Notes under the pieces: model-generated
Seen by the model: the letters and a program-made list of their open reading frames with translations, nothing else
Databases searched by the model: none
Told to the model about the DNA's origin: nothing
In this document: positions 1-9,401 of the stretch, in pieces
Position numbering within the stretch: position 1 is the first letter of the stretch
Layout: the number at the start of each line of letters is the position of its first letter
IMG/VR virus record: IMGVR_UViG_3300002461_001214
Coordinates: 1-53,654 of that record
Source: a virus
Taxonomy: Duplodnaviria; Caudoviricetes
Direction: 5' to 3' (one strand)
Length of the DNA: 53,654 nucleotides
Position numbers and translations under genes: made by a program

Positions 1-213
1 TCATCGAGCATGGAGCACCTCGGAGGAAGGGTTTGAGGCAGGCCCGGTCGGGTGGTCGGGATGAGCCGCCATCAGGGCCTCGAATTCGCTGCGGCCGGGC
101 CCCTGCCCCAAGCCGGCCGGGCGATAAGCCTGCAGCGCCGCGGCGATCTCGCGCGGGCTGGCGGCCCAGAAGACCGCCGGTGGCCAGCCCAGCCGGCCGA
201 GGCCGAACGCCAT
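1..213 (-). CDS. GTA tail assembly chaperone, rcc01693-like
   Basis: MAFGLGRLGWPPAVFWAASPREI...FEALMAAHPD motif and position; the reading frame is open upstream through VPFPWGEV. Confidence 0.8.
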   Translation of the reverse strand: MAFGLGRLGWPPAVFWAASPREIAAALQAYRPAGLGQGPGRSEFEALMAAHPDHPTGPASNPSSEVLHAR

Positions 214-248
214 GACCTCGCCCCAGGGAAAGGGGACCGCCGCCGGCT

Positions 249-629
249 TCAGTCCGACGGCGGACAGGGAGGGCGCGGGCGCGTCTCCTGCGGACCCGCA
301 ACGGCGATCGGCTCGGCCGCGGGATCGGCGAAGGTCGCGTCGAGCAAAGCGATGGCCGCCCTGATGGCACCGTTGAGGCCGCCATCGAAGCCGAGTTCGG
401 CAACCTGGCGATCGTCAAGGGCGGCGCCGGCCCCGCGGAGCCCGGCACCGAGAATGCGCGCTATATCGTGGGCCGAGAGCCGGCCGGAGGCAAAGCGCTC
501 GCCCAGCGCCGGCAGGCTGTCGACGCTGAAGGCGTGTTCGAGTTCGGCGAGCGCGCCCAGCGTCAGCCGCATCGGCAGCGCCTCGCCCTCGACCATCAGG
601 GCGGTGTCGCCCCGGTGCCGGTTGATCAT
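249..629 (-). CDS. GTA gp10-like tail assembly chaperone
   Basis: MINRHRGD...MRLTLGALAELE motif; start ATG at 629 with GAGGAGG RBS. Confidence 0.85.
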   Translation of the reverse strand: MINRHRGDTALMVEGEALPMRLTLGALAELEHAFSVDSLPALGERFASGRLSAHDIARILGAGLRGAGAALDDRQVAELGFDGGLNGAIRAAIALLDATFADPAAEPIAVAGPQETRPRPPCPPSD

Positions 630-639
630 CGCCGCCTCC

Positions 640-1050
640 TCAGAGGGCCGTGAAGGCGAGCTGGCCGGCCGATTCCAGCGACAGGTCGAAGGTGACCTCG
701 CCGGCATGGTCGCCGCGATACTCGAGGCTCGAGAGCTGGAACGGGCCGGTCACGGTGCCAAAATCGGGCACGATCACCTGCCAATTGCGGATCACCCCAT
801 CGAAGAAGATCTGGCGCACCAGCGCGTCCGACGCCTCGTCCTTGAAGATGCCGGCGCCGCTGATGGCGGCGCGGCGCATGCCGGCTCCCGCCAGCAATTC
901 GCGCCAGCGGCCGGCGGATTCGGAATGCGTGACGTCCACCGTCTCCGCATTGAAGGCGATCTGGCGCGCCCTCAGCCCGGCAACGGTGACGAACACCCCA
1001 CCCGCATCCGCTGCCTTGAGCAGCAGGTCCTTGCCCTTCTGTGCCGACAT
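640..1050 (-). CDS. GTA major tail (tube) protein, TP901-1 family
   Basis: MSAQKGKDLLLK...GLRA...FNAETVDVT...WRELL...PDFG. Confidence 0.92.
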   Translation of the reverse strand: MSAQKGKDLLLKAADAGGVFVTVAGLRARQIAFNAETVDVTHSESAGRWRELLAGAGMRRAAISGAGIFKDEASDALVRQIFFDGVIRNWQVIVPDFGTVTGPFQLSSLEYRGDHAGEVTFDLSLESAGQLAFTAL

Positions 1051-1082
1051 CCGGCCTCTCCCTCATCACGATGTGTTTGGAA

Positions 1083-1493
1083 TCAGAGCGCTTCCGTCAC
1101 GGCGCGGAAACGGATCGCGACGGATGCCAGCCCGGTCGCGGGGTCGCGGGCCAGGCGGTTCGAGCGCCAACGCAGATTGACAAGGCGGTGGCCCGAGAGC
1201 GTGAGACCGGCCCCGTCGAGCAGAGCGACGATGCGCGCGGCGGCCTCCAGCGCCAGCCGGGACGAGCCGCTCTCGCCGGCCCAGACGGTGAGGCCGAACT
1301 CCTGCTCGCAGCCGCTGTCGCTGCCAGTCGACCAGTCGCGCGCCTCGACCTCGCCATGCACGATGTAGCTGCCGCCTGCGCCCCGTGGCGCCTCGTCATG
1401 GATGCGGGCGGGGCCGATCAGGGCCGTGAGGCCCGGATCGGATTCGAGCCGCGCCTGGATCGCGGCGCGAACGGCCAGAATGGAGTCGCTCAC
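1083..1493 (-). CDS. GTA tail terminator, DUF3168-like
   Basis: GTG start overlapping the upstream stop; RIHDEAP...DWSTGSD...IRFRAVTE. Confidence 0.85.
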   Translation of the reverse strand: MSDSILAVRAAIQARLESDPGLTALIGPARIHDEAPRGAGGSYIVHGEVEARDWSTGSDSGCEQEFGLTVWAGESGSSRLALEAAARIVALLDGAGLTLSGHRLVNLRWRSNRLARDPATGLASVAIRFRAVTEAL

Positions 1494-1834
1494 GGTCCGA
1501 TCTCCTGCACCAGACAGACCAGCCGGCGCCGGCCGCCGTCGGGGTCGGCCACCGCGCGGATGTCGAAGAGGCGGTCGCCGTCGCGCAGGCGCTGGCCGGC
1601 ATCGACACCGGCGCGCCAGCGCAGGGTGACGCGGTGTGTCGCGACCTGCTCGGGCCGCCCCAGGCGCCAGCGCTCGCCGCCAGCGATCCATTCGAGCTGG
1701 GCCCAGACGGCAGCCACGGTCTCGTAGACCTGCGTTGTCCCGCCGAGACCGTCGGGCGTCGCCATCGCGGCCTCGAGCAGGAGCCGCCGACGCAGCGCCC
1801 CGACGCGGGCCCGATCCGGGTTCGAAGGCGCCAT
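1490..1834 (-). CDS. GTA head closure (stopper) protein
   Basis: LRRRLLLE...DGLGG...HRVTLRWRAGV...FDIRAVADPD. Confidence 0.85.
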   Translation of the reverse strand: MAPSNPDRARVGALRRRLLLEAAMATPDGLGGTTQVYETVAAVWAQLEWIAGGERWRLGRPEQVATHRVTLRWRAGVDAGQRLRDGDRLFDIRAVADPDGGRRRLVCLVQEIGP

Positions 1835-1837
1835 GGC

Positions 1838-2407
1838 TCAGAGCCTCGCGCGGCGGAACGGCGCGACCAGCGCCAGGATCTCGGGCGGCAGCGCCTCGGC
1901 ATCGCGCCCGACGACATCGCCCCGGTGCTCGAACCAGCGCGCGGCCAGGCGCAGGACCGCCTGTCGCAGCAGGGCCGGAACCGCGGCCGCGGTCGCTCCG
2001 AAGCCGGCTACGACGTCGATCTCGATCGCGCCCTGGGCCCGGCCGATTTCCGGCACCTCCCCGACCACCTGCAGGAGCGGCGGATCGGCGCTGGTGTCGA
2101 GACGCAGGGCCGAAGGCTGGACCGGCTGGGCGATGCCGAGCGCGTCATAGACCCGCGCGGCCGTGATCGCTCCGACGGGCGAGAGCGGCAGCCGCAGCGC
2201 GCCGCCCTGCGGCCAGCGATCGATCACGATGCGCCAGGTCTGATCGACGAGCAGGCGCCCCGACGCGGCTTCCACCATCAGCCGGGCGGCCGTGATCAGC
2301 GTGGCCAGCAGATTGTCCTCCGCCGCCTCATCCAGGCGCAGGAAGGCGCGCGCCTCGGCCAGCGAGACCGGCTCCTCGGCCGGCGGGGTCAGGGCAAGCG
2401 GCGTCAT
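1838..2407 (-). CDS. GTA head-tail adaptor (gp6-like)
   Basis: PPAEEPVSLAEARAFLRLD...LRQAVLRLAARWFEHRG. Confidence 0.9.
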   Translation of the reverse strand: MTPLALTPPAEEPVSLAEARAFLRLDEAAEDNLLATLITAARLMVEAASGRLLVDQTWRIVIDRWPQGGALRLPLSPVGAITAARVYDALGIAQPVQPSALRLDTSADPPLLQVVGEVPEIGRAQGAIEIDVVAGFGATAAAVPALLRQAVLRLAARWFEHRGDVVGRDAEALPPEILALVAPFRRARL

Positions 2408-2480
2408 GGGCGCTCCGATCGAGGGTTCAATTGCGGGGAGCGACGCGCTATCGAGCGTCTTCCGTCACCGGAGGAGCGCG

Positions 2481-3235
2481 ATGCGCATCGGACGTCTGAT
2501 CAGCCTGGGCAGCGTCGTCTGCGGTCTGGCGCTGGCCGTGCCCCAGGCCGGCGCCGTGGTCGCCGGCCGCGAGGGATGGTCCTGAACGCACGCGGCGGCG
2601 TGTGCACCGGCATCGTGCTGTCGCCGCGAACCGTTCTCACCGCCGCCCATTGCGCGGCGGGCGGCACGGAACTGCGCATCCACTGGAAGGACGGCGGCGA
2701 GCCGGTGCTGCTGCCGCCTGCCGCCGTCGCGATGCATCCGGACTTCCGCGCCAACGCCGTCGCGACGCGGCAGCGCTCCATCGATCTGGCCTTGCTGCGC
2801 CTGTCCCAGCCCCTGCCCGGCCGGTTCAGGCCCGCCGATCTGCGCGACGGCGCGCCGCCACGCAGCGGAGCGCCGGTCGTGCTGGCCGGCTACGGCGTCT
2901 CGCGCGAGGGCGAGGCCCGCAGCACCGGCGTCTATCGCTCGGCGGCGCTTGCGGTGGTCGAGCCCTATGGGCCCGGCAAGCTGCTGCTCTGGGCGGCAGA
3001 CCCCGTCGGCGCCGGCAAGACGCCCGGCCCGGGCGCCTGCCAGGGCGATTCCGGCGGCCCGATGATGGAACGCGACGGCGAGGGCGTGATCGCGGTGACG
3101 AGCTGGTCGACCGGGCCTTTGGGGAAAAGCTGCGGCCTGCTCAGCCAGGGCGTTCTCGTCGCGCCGCAACGCCGCTGGATCGATGGAACGCTGGCCGGCT
3201 GGGGCGAGCGTGCCAACTGGTCGCCGGGTTCGTGA
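2481..3235 (+). pseudogene. Secreted trypsin-like (S1) serine protease 1, frameshifted near 2576
   Basis: Signal-peptide ORF from ATG 2481 shifts frame into CTGIVLSPRTVLTAAHC...DLALL...CQGDSGGP. Confidence 0.8.
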
Positions 3236-3301
3236 GGCAAAAGGCTGGACTGCAGCGCCGCAGCACCTAGATTGAGGGCGATATCACAACCGGTTCGCAT
3301 C

Positions 3302-4113
3302 ATGACACCGCGCCGCTTTCTCTTCGTCCTGACCTGCGCCCTTCTCGTCGGCACCACGCCGGCGCTGGCGGTGGTGGGAGGCGTGCCGTCGCAGGATGTC
3401 CGCGGTGCCCGGGCCTCGACGCTGCGGGTCGAGACCAGCCGCGGCGAGCTCTGCTCCGGAGCCGCGATCGCGCGATGGGCGGTGGATCGGTCAGCGTCGT
3501 CAGCCTGGACACCAAGTTCCGCGCCCGCCGGCATGCCGTCGTCGCCGTCCTGCCGCACCCCAGTTTCGTGCCGGGAACGACGCCGCGCACCCAGCCCGGG
3601 GCCGACCTCGCCATGCTCCGGCTGGCGGCCCCCCTCCCTGCCGACATCCAGCCCGTCACCCTGGGCGGCAGTCTCTGGCAGGGCGAGACGGTGACCATGG
3701 CCGGCTTCGGCCTCTCGATCGAGACCAACAAGAACACCGCGCGCCGCCTGCGCGAGACCCGGCTGGTCAATGCCGGCAACTACACGACACAGAACACGGT
3801 CAAGGTGGCGGTCGATGCCGAGGCCAAGGGCGAAACGCCCGGTGCCGGCGCCTGCCGCGGCGATTCCGGCGGGCCGGTGCTGCGTGGTGACATCCGCTCG
3901 CGCGATCTCGTGGGGATCGTGAGCTGGTCGAGCGGCCCGCTCAACACGCGCGAGCGGCGCATCTGCGGCGGCTTCACCGCGATCACGCCGATCAGCGAGC
4001 ACCGGGTCTGGATCACCGACTCGGCCGCGCGGCTGCTGGCGCTCGGCCCCAATCCGCGCGCGGGCGAGCGGGCCCCGCCCGCGGCGAGCTACAGCTGGTG
4101 GTTCGCCCGCTGA
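3302..4113 (+). pseudogene. Secreted trypsin-like (S1) serine protease 2, frameshifted near 3474 with the TAAHC segment absent
   Basis: Signal peptide + VVGG + CSGAAI, then a second frame with DLAML and CRGDSGGP. Confidence 0.78.
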
Positions 4114-4146
4114 GGCGTGTCGTCCCCGCGGGCGAAGAGACCCGCG

Positions 4147-5391
4147 TCAGACGGCGAACCTCAGCCCCTTGATCGCCGCGAAGTCCTGCACGCCGCCGCC
4201 GACCCGCTTGGTCGTGTAGAACAGCACATAGGGCTTGGCCGAATAGGGATCGCGCAGGATGCGCACGCCCGCCCGGTCGACGACGAGATAGCCGCGCCGG
4301 AAGTCACCGAAGGCGAGCGCGATCGCGTTGTTGGCCATGTCGGGCATGGTCTCTGCCTCGACCAGCGGGAAGCCCATCAGCGTCGCGGGCGCGCCGATCG
4401 AGGCCGGCGGCTGCCAGAGATACTGGCCGGTCGAGTCCTTGAACTTGCGCACGGCGCCTTGCGTCTTGCGGTTCATCACGAAGGACGCGTTCTGGCGGTA
4501 GCCGGCCTTCAGCGCATAGACGAGATCGACCAGGATGTCGGAGGGGTTGGCCGTGGCGAAGGCGCCGGCGACGCCGGTGTTGAGCACGCCGATGCTGCCC
4601 CAGTTCCAGCTCGCCTCCGCGACCATCGGATAGGCGAGGAAGCCCTTGGGCTTGTCGATGCCGTCGCCGCTGACGAAGGCCGCGCCCTCCTGCTCGGCGA
4701 AGGCGCTCTCGACCTCCTCGGCGATCCACTGGTCGATGTTGACGATGGCGTCGTCGAGCAGGGTCTGCGTCGCCGCCGGCATGGCGTAGAGTTCCATCGC
4801 CGGGAAGGAGAGCTCCGCCAGGGTGGGCGAGCTGGTCTGCGGGCGCGCCGCGGTCTCGCCGACCCAGCCCGAGGCCGGCCCGGTGGTCGAGAAGGCCTTC
4901 TTGTAGGTGCCCGACGAAATCGTCCGCACCGTCGCCAGCGCGCGGATGGGCGAGGCGGTCGAGAGCCGACGCAGGATCTCGCTCTCGACGCTGGAGGGCG
5001 CGAGATAGCCGCCGTCCGGACCCGAGCCGGCCGAGAGCGCCTTGGCTTCGAGACGCTTCAGTCCGCCGGCCTCGCCGCTGCGGATATAGGCCGCAAAGGC
5101 GGCCTTGTGCTCGCCGACCAGCGGATCACGCGGTTCGTCGCGGCCGAGCACCGGGCGGCTGCGGTCCAGCGTCAGGCGGTCGAGACGGCGCGTTGCGTCG
5201 TCGAGGGCGGCGTCGATGCGCGCCATCTTCTCCTCGGTCAGCGGGTCGACGCCGTGGCGGCTCTCGATCTGCGCGAGGCGCTCGTCATTGCTGACGCGGT
5301 AGCTCTCCAGCGTGTAGCGCAGATCGTCGAAAGCCAGCGACAGATCGGCGCCGGCGGCCTTGCTCTCGGGAGCGTGATTGGCAGTGGTCAT
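4147..5391 (-). CDS. GTA major capsid protein (HK97 fold)
   Basis: DGGYLAP, MELYAMPAATQTLLDD, FGDFRRGYLVVDR, LRDPYSAKPYVLFYTTKRVGG. Confidence 0.95.
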   Translation of the reverse strand: MTTANHAPESKAAGADLSLAFDDLRYTLESYRVSNDERLAQIESRHGVDPLTEEKMARIDAALDDATRRLDRLTLDRSRPVLGRDEPRDPLVGEHKAAFAAYIRSGEAGGLKRLEAKALSAGSGPDGGYLAPSSVESEILRRLSTASPIRALATVRTISSGTYKKAFSTTGPASGWVGETAARPQTSSPTLAELSFPAMELYAMPAATQTLLDDAIVNIDQWIAEEVESAFAEQEGAAFVSGDGIDKPKGFLAYPMVAEASWNWGSIGVLNTGVAGAFATANPSDILVDLVYALKAGYRQNASFVMNRKTQGAVRKFKDSTGQYLWQPPASIGAPATLMGFPLVEAETMPDMANNAIALAFGDFRRGYLVVDRAGVRILRDPYSAKPYVLFYTTKRVGGGVQDFAAIKGLRFAV

Positions 5392-5418
5392 GGTCTCTCC
5401 TTCGGGGAAAAAGCAGTT

Positions 5419-5955
5419 TCAGGCGTGAGCGAAGGCGGCGTGAGAGGACCGCTGCGCGGGGCGCAGCGCCTTGACGGTGGAGATCCGGGCCTGCGGCAGC
5501 ATCGGAAAGGTGACGATCGAGATCTCCCAGAGGTCGATCCGCTCCAGCCGGCGCAGGCCGCTGCGCGGCTCGGTGCGGGCGCGCTCCGAACGGAAGCCGA
5601 TCGAGAGCCCGTCCACCGCGCCTTCGCGCATCAGGGCGTGGATCTCCCGGGCCCGGGCGACCGCCAGTGAGAGCTGGCCCCTGACGAAGAGCCCGCGGGA
5701 ATCCTCGGTGAGCGCGAGCCAGCGGCCGATCGGCTCGGCGGGATCGTGCTGCCAGAGCAGCTTGATGCCGGCAGGCCCGCGCCGCACCAGGCTCTCGCGG
5801 AAGGCGCCGCGCTCGACGATGTCCTTGCCGAGATCGGCGATGCCGAACAGGCTGGCATAGCCCTCGAACAGCCCGTCGAGGCCGATGCGCGCCGGCGGCA
5901 GAGGCAGGAACTTGGACTCGCGGCCGCAGGGACCGGCGGGAGGCAACGCCCTCAT
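5419..5955 (-). CDS. GTA HK97-family prohead protease
   Basis: FEGYASLF, LLWQHDP, DGLSIGF, LWEISIVTFPM. Confidence 0.93.
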   Translation of the reverse strand: MRALPPAGPCGRESKFLPLPPARIGLDGLFEGYASLFGIADLGKDIVERGAFRESLVRRGPAGIKLLWQHDPAEPIGRWLALTEDSRGLFVRGQLSLAVARAREIHALMREGAVDGLSIGFRSERARTEPRSGLRRLERIDLWEISIVTFPMLPQARISTVKALRPAQRSSHAAFAHA

Positions 5956-6134
5956 CGCGCCCGCTCCCCGGCCTTGCCCGCACGCCCCGCCCCGCCCTCC
6001 AGCCGCGCCAGATTGCGCAGGAAGCGGCCAAAGGTCTCGGTGTTGGCCGGCCCGCGCGCCGGCTGCCGCGGCGGGTTGCGGCCCGGGCCGGAGGCTTTCG
6101 GCGGGGCGGGCTTCTGATCGGCGGAACGCGTCAT
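5952..6134 (-). CDS. Small hypothetical GTA-cluster protein
   Basis: ATG 6134 coupled to neighbours by ATGA overlaps at both ends. Confidence 0.45.
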   Translation of the reverse strand: MTRSADQKPAPPKASGPGRNPPRQPARGPANTETFGRFLRNLARLEGGAGRAGKAGERAR

Positions 6135-6331
6135 GGCTGGTCCCCCTCGTGACGGGCGTTGAAGCGGTTGAGTTCGCGCACGAAATCGTCGAAGCGCCGG
6201 TTGGCGGCGGAGAGCTCGCGCATCACGAACCAGGCTGCGGCCGAGGCCGTCGCAGCCCAAAGCAGGAGCCCGAGATGGCCGACATCGGCGCGCCCGACGA
6301 AGGCGGTGACGATCTGGTCGAGCAGGTTCAT
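6131..6331 (-). CDS. Small membrane protein between portal and protease
   Basis: MNLLDQIVTAFVGRADVGHLGLLLWA...RFDDFVRELNRFN; one hydrophobic helix. Confidence 0.6.
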   Translation of the reverse strand: MNLLDQIVTAFVGRADVGHLGLLLWAATASAAAWFVMRELSAANRRFDDFVRELNRFNARHEGDQP

Positions 6332-7452
6332 GGGCCGACCGCCTCGCGCTTCTCGTCCTCGCTGAGGAAGGTCGCCGCGCCGAGCCGGCGCCAGAGCGAT
6401 TCCCGCTCCTCGGCCAAGGCCTCGATCGCGTCGAGGTCCGGCTCCAGCGTCAGTTCGCCGCCGAAGCCCGGCCCCAGCCACTGCGCCAGCGACTGCGCCG
6501 TGCGCCGCACCAGCGGGATCGCGGTCTGGCGCCAGAAGGCGCGGTTGGCCTCGGCGAAATTGGCGTGGGTGTTGTCGCCGGGCAGGCCGAGCAGCAGCGG
6601 CGGCACGCCGAAGGCGAGCGCGATCTCGCGCGCCGCGACGCCCTTGGCGGCCACGAAATCGAGTTCCGCCGGTGTCAGCGAGAGCGGCTTCCAGTCGAGC
6701 CCGCCCTCCAGCAGCAGCGGCCGGCCGGCATTGCGGGCGCCCTGGAAGCTGTCCTCCAGCTCGGCCTTCAGCCGCTCGAACTGCGCGTCGGTGAGGCTCG
6801 CCCCGTCCGGCCCGTCATAGACCAGTGCGCCGGAGGGCCGGGCCGCATTGTCGAGCAGGGCCTTGTGCCAGGCGCTGGCGGCGTTGTGGATGTCGAGCGA
6901 GCAGGCCGCAGCCTCGATCGGCGAGAGGCCGTAATGGTCGTCGACCGGGTGAAACAGGGTGAGATGCAGGATCGGCGGGACGATGCCCTCATCCTGCCGG
7001 AAGCGGATCGTGTCGCCGCCGACGCTGTAGTCATAGGCCTCCGGCCAGCCGTCGCGTCCGGGCACGACCTTCATCCGGTCGGGCCGCAGCGCATAGAGTT
7101 CGCGCGGCTCTCGGCCCGTGCCGGCCGCCTCGACATAGGCGTTGCCGGCGACCAGCAGATGCCCGAACAGCATCTCCCGGAAGGCGATGCCGCCCTGGCG
7201 CGGATTGGGCCTGTCGATCAGCGCGAGCGCCGGATGCTCGGGCCTCTCCCGATCGCCGATCTTGGCGACCAGCGGCGTCTGCGCCGCGGCCTCGGCGATC
7301 AGCCGGACGCAGCGATGCACGACCGGGTTGCGCTCATAGCCCTCGCGGGCGAGCGCCGCATAGTCGCGCGGCGTCCAGACCGGGCGGCCGGCCTCGTGCA
7401 GCGCGATCAGCGGCCCGACGCGCGAGCGCTTGCGTTCCGGCGCGGCGAGCAT
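6328..7452 (-). CDS. GTA portal protein (HK97 family), C-terminus possibly clipped
   Basis: GYERNPVVHRCV, LRPDRM, DDHYGLSP, LLEGGLDWK, REIALAFGVPP, EKREAVG. Confidence 0.92.
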   Translation of the reverse strand: MLAAPERKRSRVGPLIALHEAGRPVWTPRDYAALAREGYERNPVVHRCVRLIAEAAAQTPLVAKIGDRERPEHPALALIDRPNPRQGGIAFREMLFGHLLVAGNAYVEAAGTGREPRELYALRPDRMKVVPGRDGWPEAYDYSVGGDTIRFRQDEGIVPPILHLTLFHPVDDHYGLSPIEAAACSLDIHNAASAWHKALLDNAARPSGALVYDGPDGASLTDAQFERLKAELEDSFQGARNAGRPLLLEGGLDWKPLSLTPAELDFVAAKGVAAREIALAFGVPPLLLGLPGDNTHANFAEANRAFWRQTAIPLVRRTAQSLAQWLGPGFGGELTLEPDLDAIEALAEERESLWRRLGAATFLSEDEKREAVGP

Positions 7453-7473
7453 GGAGGTCTCGCTTATGAGTGC

Positions 7474-7601
7474 GTCATGCTCGGGCTCGACCTGAGCATC
7501 TCGGAAACCAGTGTCTTCTCGTCCCGAGGTTCTCGGGTCTTCGCGGAGTTTATCCTTGGGCCGATCGAAGATCGGACCCGAGGGCTACGCCCGAGAATGG
7601 C
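7474..7601. repeat. REP/RIME-like palindromic intergenic element
   Basis: GTCATGCTCGGG-CTCG-ACCTGAGCATC hairpin plus TTCTCGGG...CCCGAGAATG stem with a nested CCGATC-GAA-GATCGG hairpin; resembles interspersed repeats of rhizobial genomes. Confidence 0.6.
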
Positions 7602-7605
7602 GGGC

Positions 7606-8888
7606 CTAAATCCCCCGCACCCGCGGCCGGCCCTTGGGGCCCAGCATCAGATGGGTCAGCGCCCAGACGAGCGCGTCGAGCCGGTCGGGCGAGCGGCCGG
7701 AGCTGAGGCCGCCGGGGCCGAAATCGCACATCTCGTCTTCCAGCGCCGGAAAGGCGCCGGCATGGCGCACCCGCCCCTGCGCATAGAGCGCGGCCACCGG
7801 CTCGGCCCGCAGATATTTGCCCCGCGTCGCCCTGACCGCGCTCACCGGCACGCCGGCATCGACCTCGCGGATGACGGCGGAGGCCATCTCGCCGCCCTGG
7901 TTGACCTCGACGACGAGCGCATCAGCCTCAAAACGCCGGTAGAGTGCGACCGCCTTGGCCGCCCATTCATGCGGGCGGGCGCCCGACACGGTGCCGTCCT
8001 CCAGCACATGGCCGATTCCGTCGCTATCGAGGCCGGCCACCACCAGCCCGCAGGAATCGGCGCGGGCCGAGGACGAGGCCGGTGGATCGACCGCGACCAC
8101 GATCCGCGCCAGAGCCGGCGCCTCCCGCTCGCGGCAATCCTCGATCATCGCCCGCGTCCAGAGCGCATCGGCGCTTTCCTCGACCAGTTCGCCGTCGAGT
8201 TCCTGCCGGCCGAGCCGCGTGCCGCCATAGCTCTGCGTCACGCTGCGGATGAAATCGACCGCGAGGTGGAAGCGGTTGGCGCTCGTCGCCGCGCGGCTCA
8301 CCGCCACTTGCGAATCGTTCAGCAGCCGCTTGATCAGCGGCACGGGACGCGGCGTCGTGGTGACGATCTGGCGCGGCCGGTCGCCGAGGCGAAGCCCGAA
8401 TTGCAGCATGTCCCCAGCTCGTCGGACCAGGCGGCGCCGAATTGCGGGCCGCGCAGCCCTTCCGGATCCTCGGCCGAAAAGGCCTGGGCGATCGCGCCAT
8501 TGGGCCATTCCAGCCGCCGCCGCGAGGGAGACCAGCTCGGCCGCTCCCAGCGGGTGTGGATCGCCAGCAGCCCGGAGACGCCCTCGATCATGACGTCGCG
8601 GACCTGCCCTTGCGTCTCGCCGACGAGCGCAATGCGCTCGGTGGCGGCCTGTGCGTAAGGCTCCTGCCCCAGCGCCATGCCCTTGACCCACTCGGCGCCG
8701 GTGCGGGTCTTGCCCGCGCCCCGACCGCCCAGAACAAGCCAGACGGGCTTGTGCGGCGGCTCACCGAGCTTTTGATCGACCCGGCCGAACAGGGTCCAGC
8801 ACTCACTGAGGGCCACCACACTGTCAGCGTCCAGATCAGGAATGAGCTGGGGGATCAGCCTGGCCCAGCTCTCGATCGGCAAGCGCAT
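7606..8888 (-). pseudogene. GTA terminase large subunit, frameshifted near 8412
   Basis: Walker A GGRGAGKT and LRGPQF...WSDEL in one frame; DMLQFGLRLG, VAVDPP, SPDRLDALVWA in another. Confidence 0.88.
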
Positions 8889-9067
8889 CAAGACGTCGTG
8901 CAAGCTCCTTTCGGAGTTCGGCGACGTGGCGGAGTCCGGCGGCGGGCGAGAGTTCATCGTTGGCTTTGTCCTCCCGGCCGGGCGACGCCGCGTCGAGCGC
9001 CACCAGTTCGCGCACGGTGCGGGCGAGCACCGCGAGCGCCTTGGCCTCGGATTCGCTGGCGGCTACG
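8836..9067 (-). pseudogene. 3' part of the GTA first gene (putative small terminase), interrupted by the prophage
   Basis: Joins in frame to 53498-53654 across the CTACG duplication; overlaps the terL start. Confidence 0.8.
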
Positions 9068-9114
9068 TGTAGCGCGAACAATCAAATGGCAACGAGCGAA
9101 CAATCAGATGGCAA
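9068..9114 (+). repeat. Prophage right end: two tandem transposase-binding motifs CGAACAATCA(A/G)ATGGCAA
   Basis: Copies at 9075-9092 and 9097-9114. Confidence 0.88.
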
Positions 9115-9134
9115 CAGATCGCGTTTCTGAGCCA

Positions 9135-9374
9135 CTACGCGTCTGGGGCTGCGACGCGCTCCAGCGCTAGCGCAAAATCACGGGCCTCCTGCCGTGTGAA
9201 CCTGACTACCAGGCTGCCTAGGATCATAACGTCCACGCCCTCAGCGACCTGCTTCGCCTCAAGGTTCACGTGCCACCTGGCGCCGGTGCCCAATGGTTCC
9301 TCTATCTCAATCTTCGACCGCCCAGCTTCGTGGATCATCTGGTGCTGGCGCCTGCCTGCAGTTTCCCTCGACAT
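9135..9374 (-). CDS. Hypothetical protein at the prophage right end
   Basis: 79-aa ORF with GGAG RBS and protein-like composition. Confidence 0.55.
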   Translation of the reverse strand: MSRETAGRRQHQMIHEAGRSKIEIEEPLGTGARWHVNLEAKQVAEGVDVMILGSLVVRFTRQEARDFALALERVAAPDA

Positions 9375-9401
9375 AGGTCGGCTCCGTTCCGCCAGCGGCC
9401 G

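Larger units (their letters stand above)
1..9067 (-). mobile_element. RcGTA-like gene transfer agent head-tail cluster (continues at 53498-53654 and probably beyond the window start)
   Basis: Gene order terS-terL-portal-prohead protease-MCP-adaptor-closure-DUF3168-TP901-1 tail tube-chaperones, with no replication or integration genes, matches the RcGTA structural cluster. Confidence 0.9.

Noticed and set aside
214-290. Programmed frameshift between the two GTA tail chaperones
   Set aside because: The downstream frame is open across the junction, but I found no canonical slippery heptamer before the upstream stop
52-8658. Long plus-strand ORFs (52-1368, 4117-5670, 6565-8658 and similar elsewhere)
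   Set aside because: GC-rich shadow frames opposite well-supported genes
1-9067. Left-hand cluster as part of the same prophage or a second prophage
   Set aside because: It lies outside the TG/CA ends and target duplication, and has GTA-type genes and order
9068-9120. Tandem 18-bp repeats as a CRISPR array
   Set aside because: Only two copies with a 4-bp gap; they match the opposite prophage end, and no cas genes are seen
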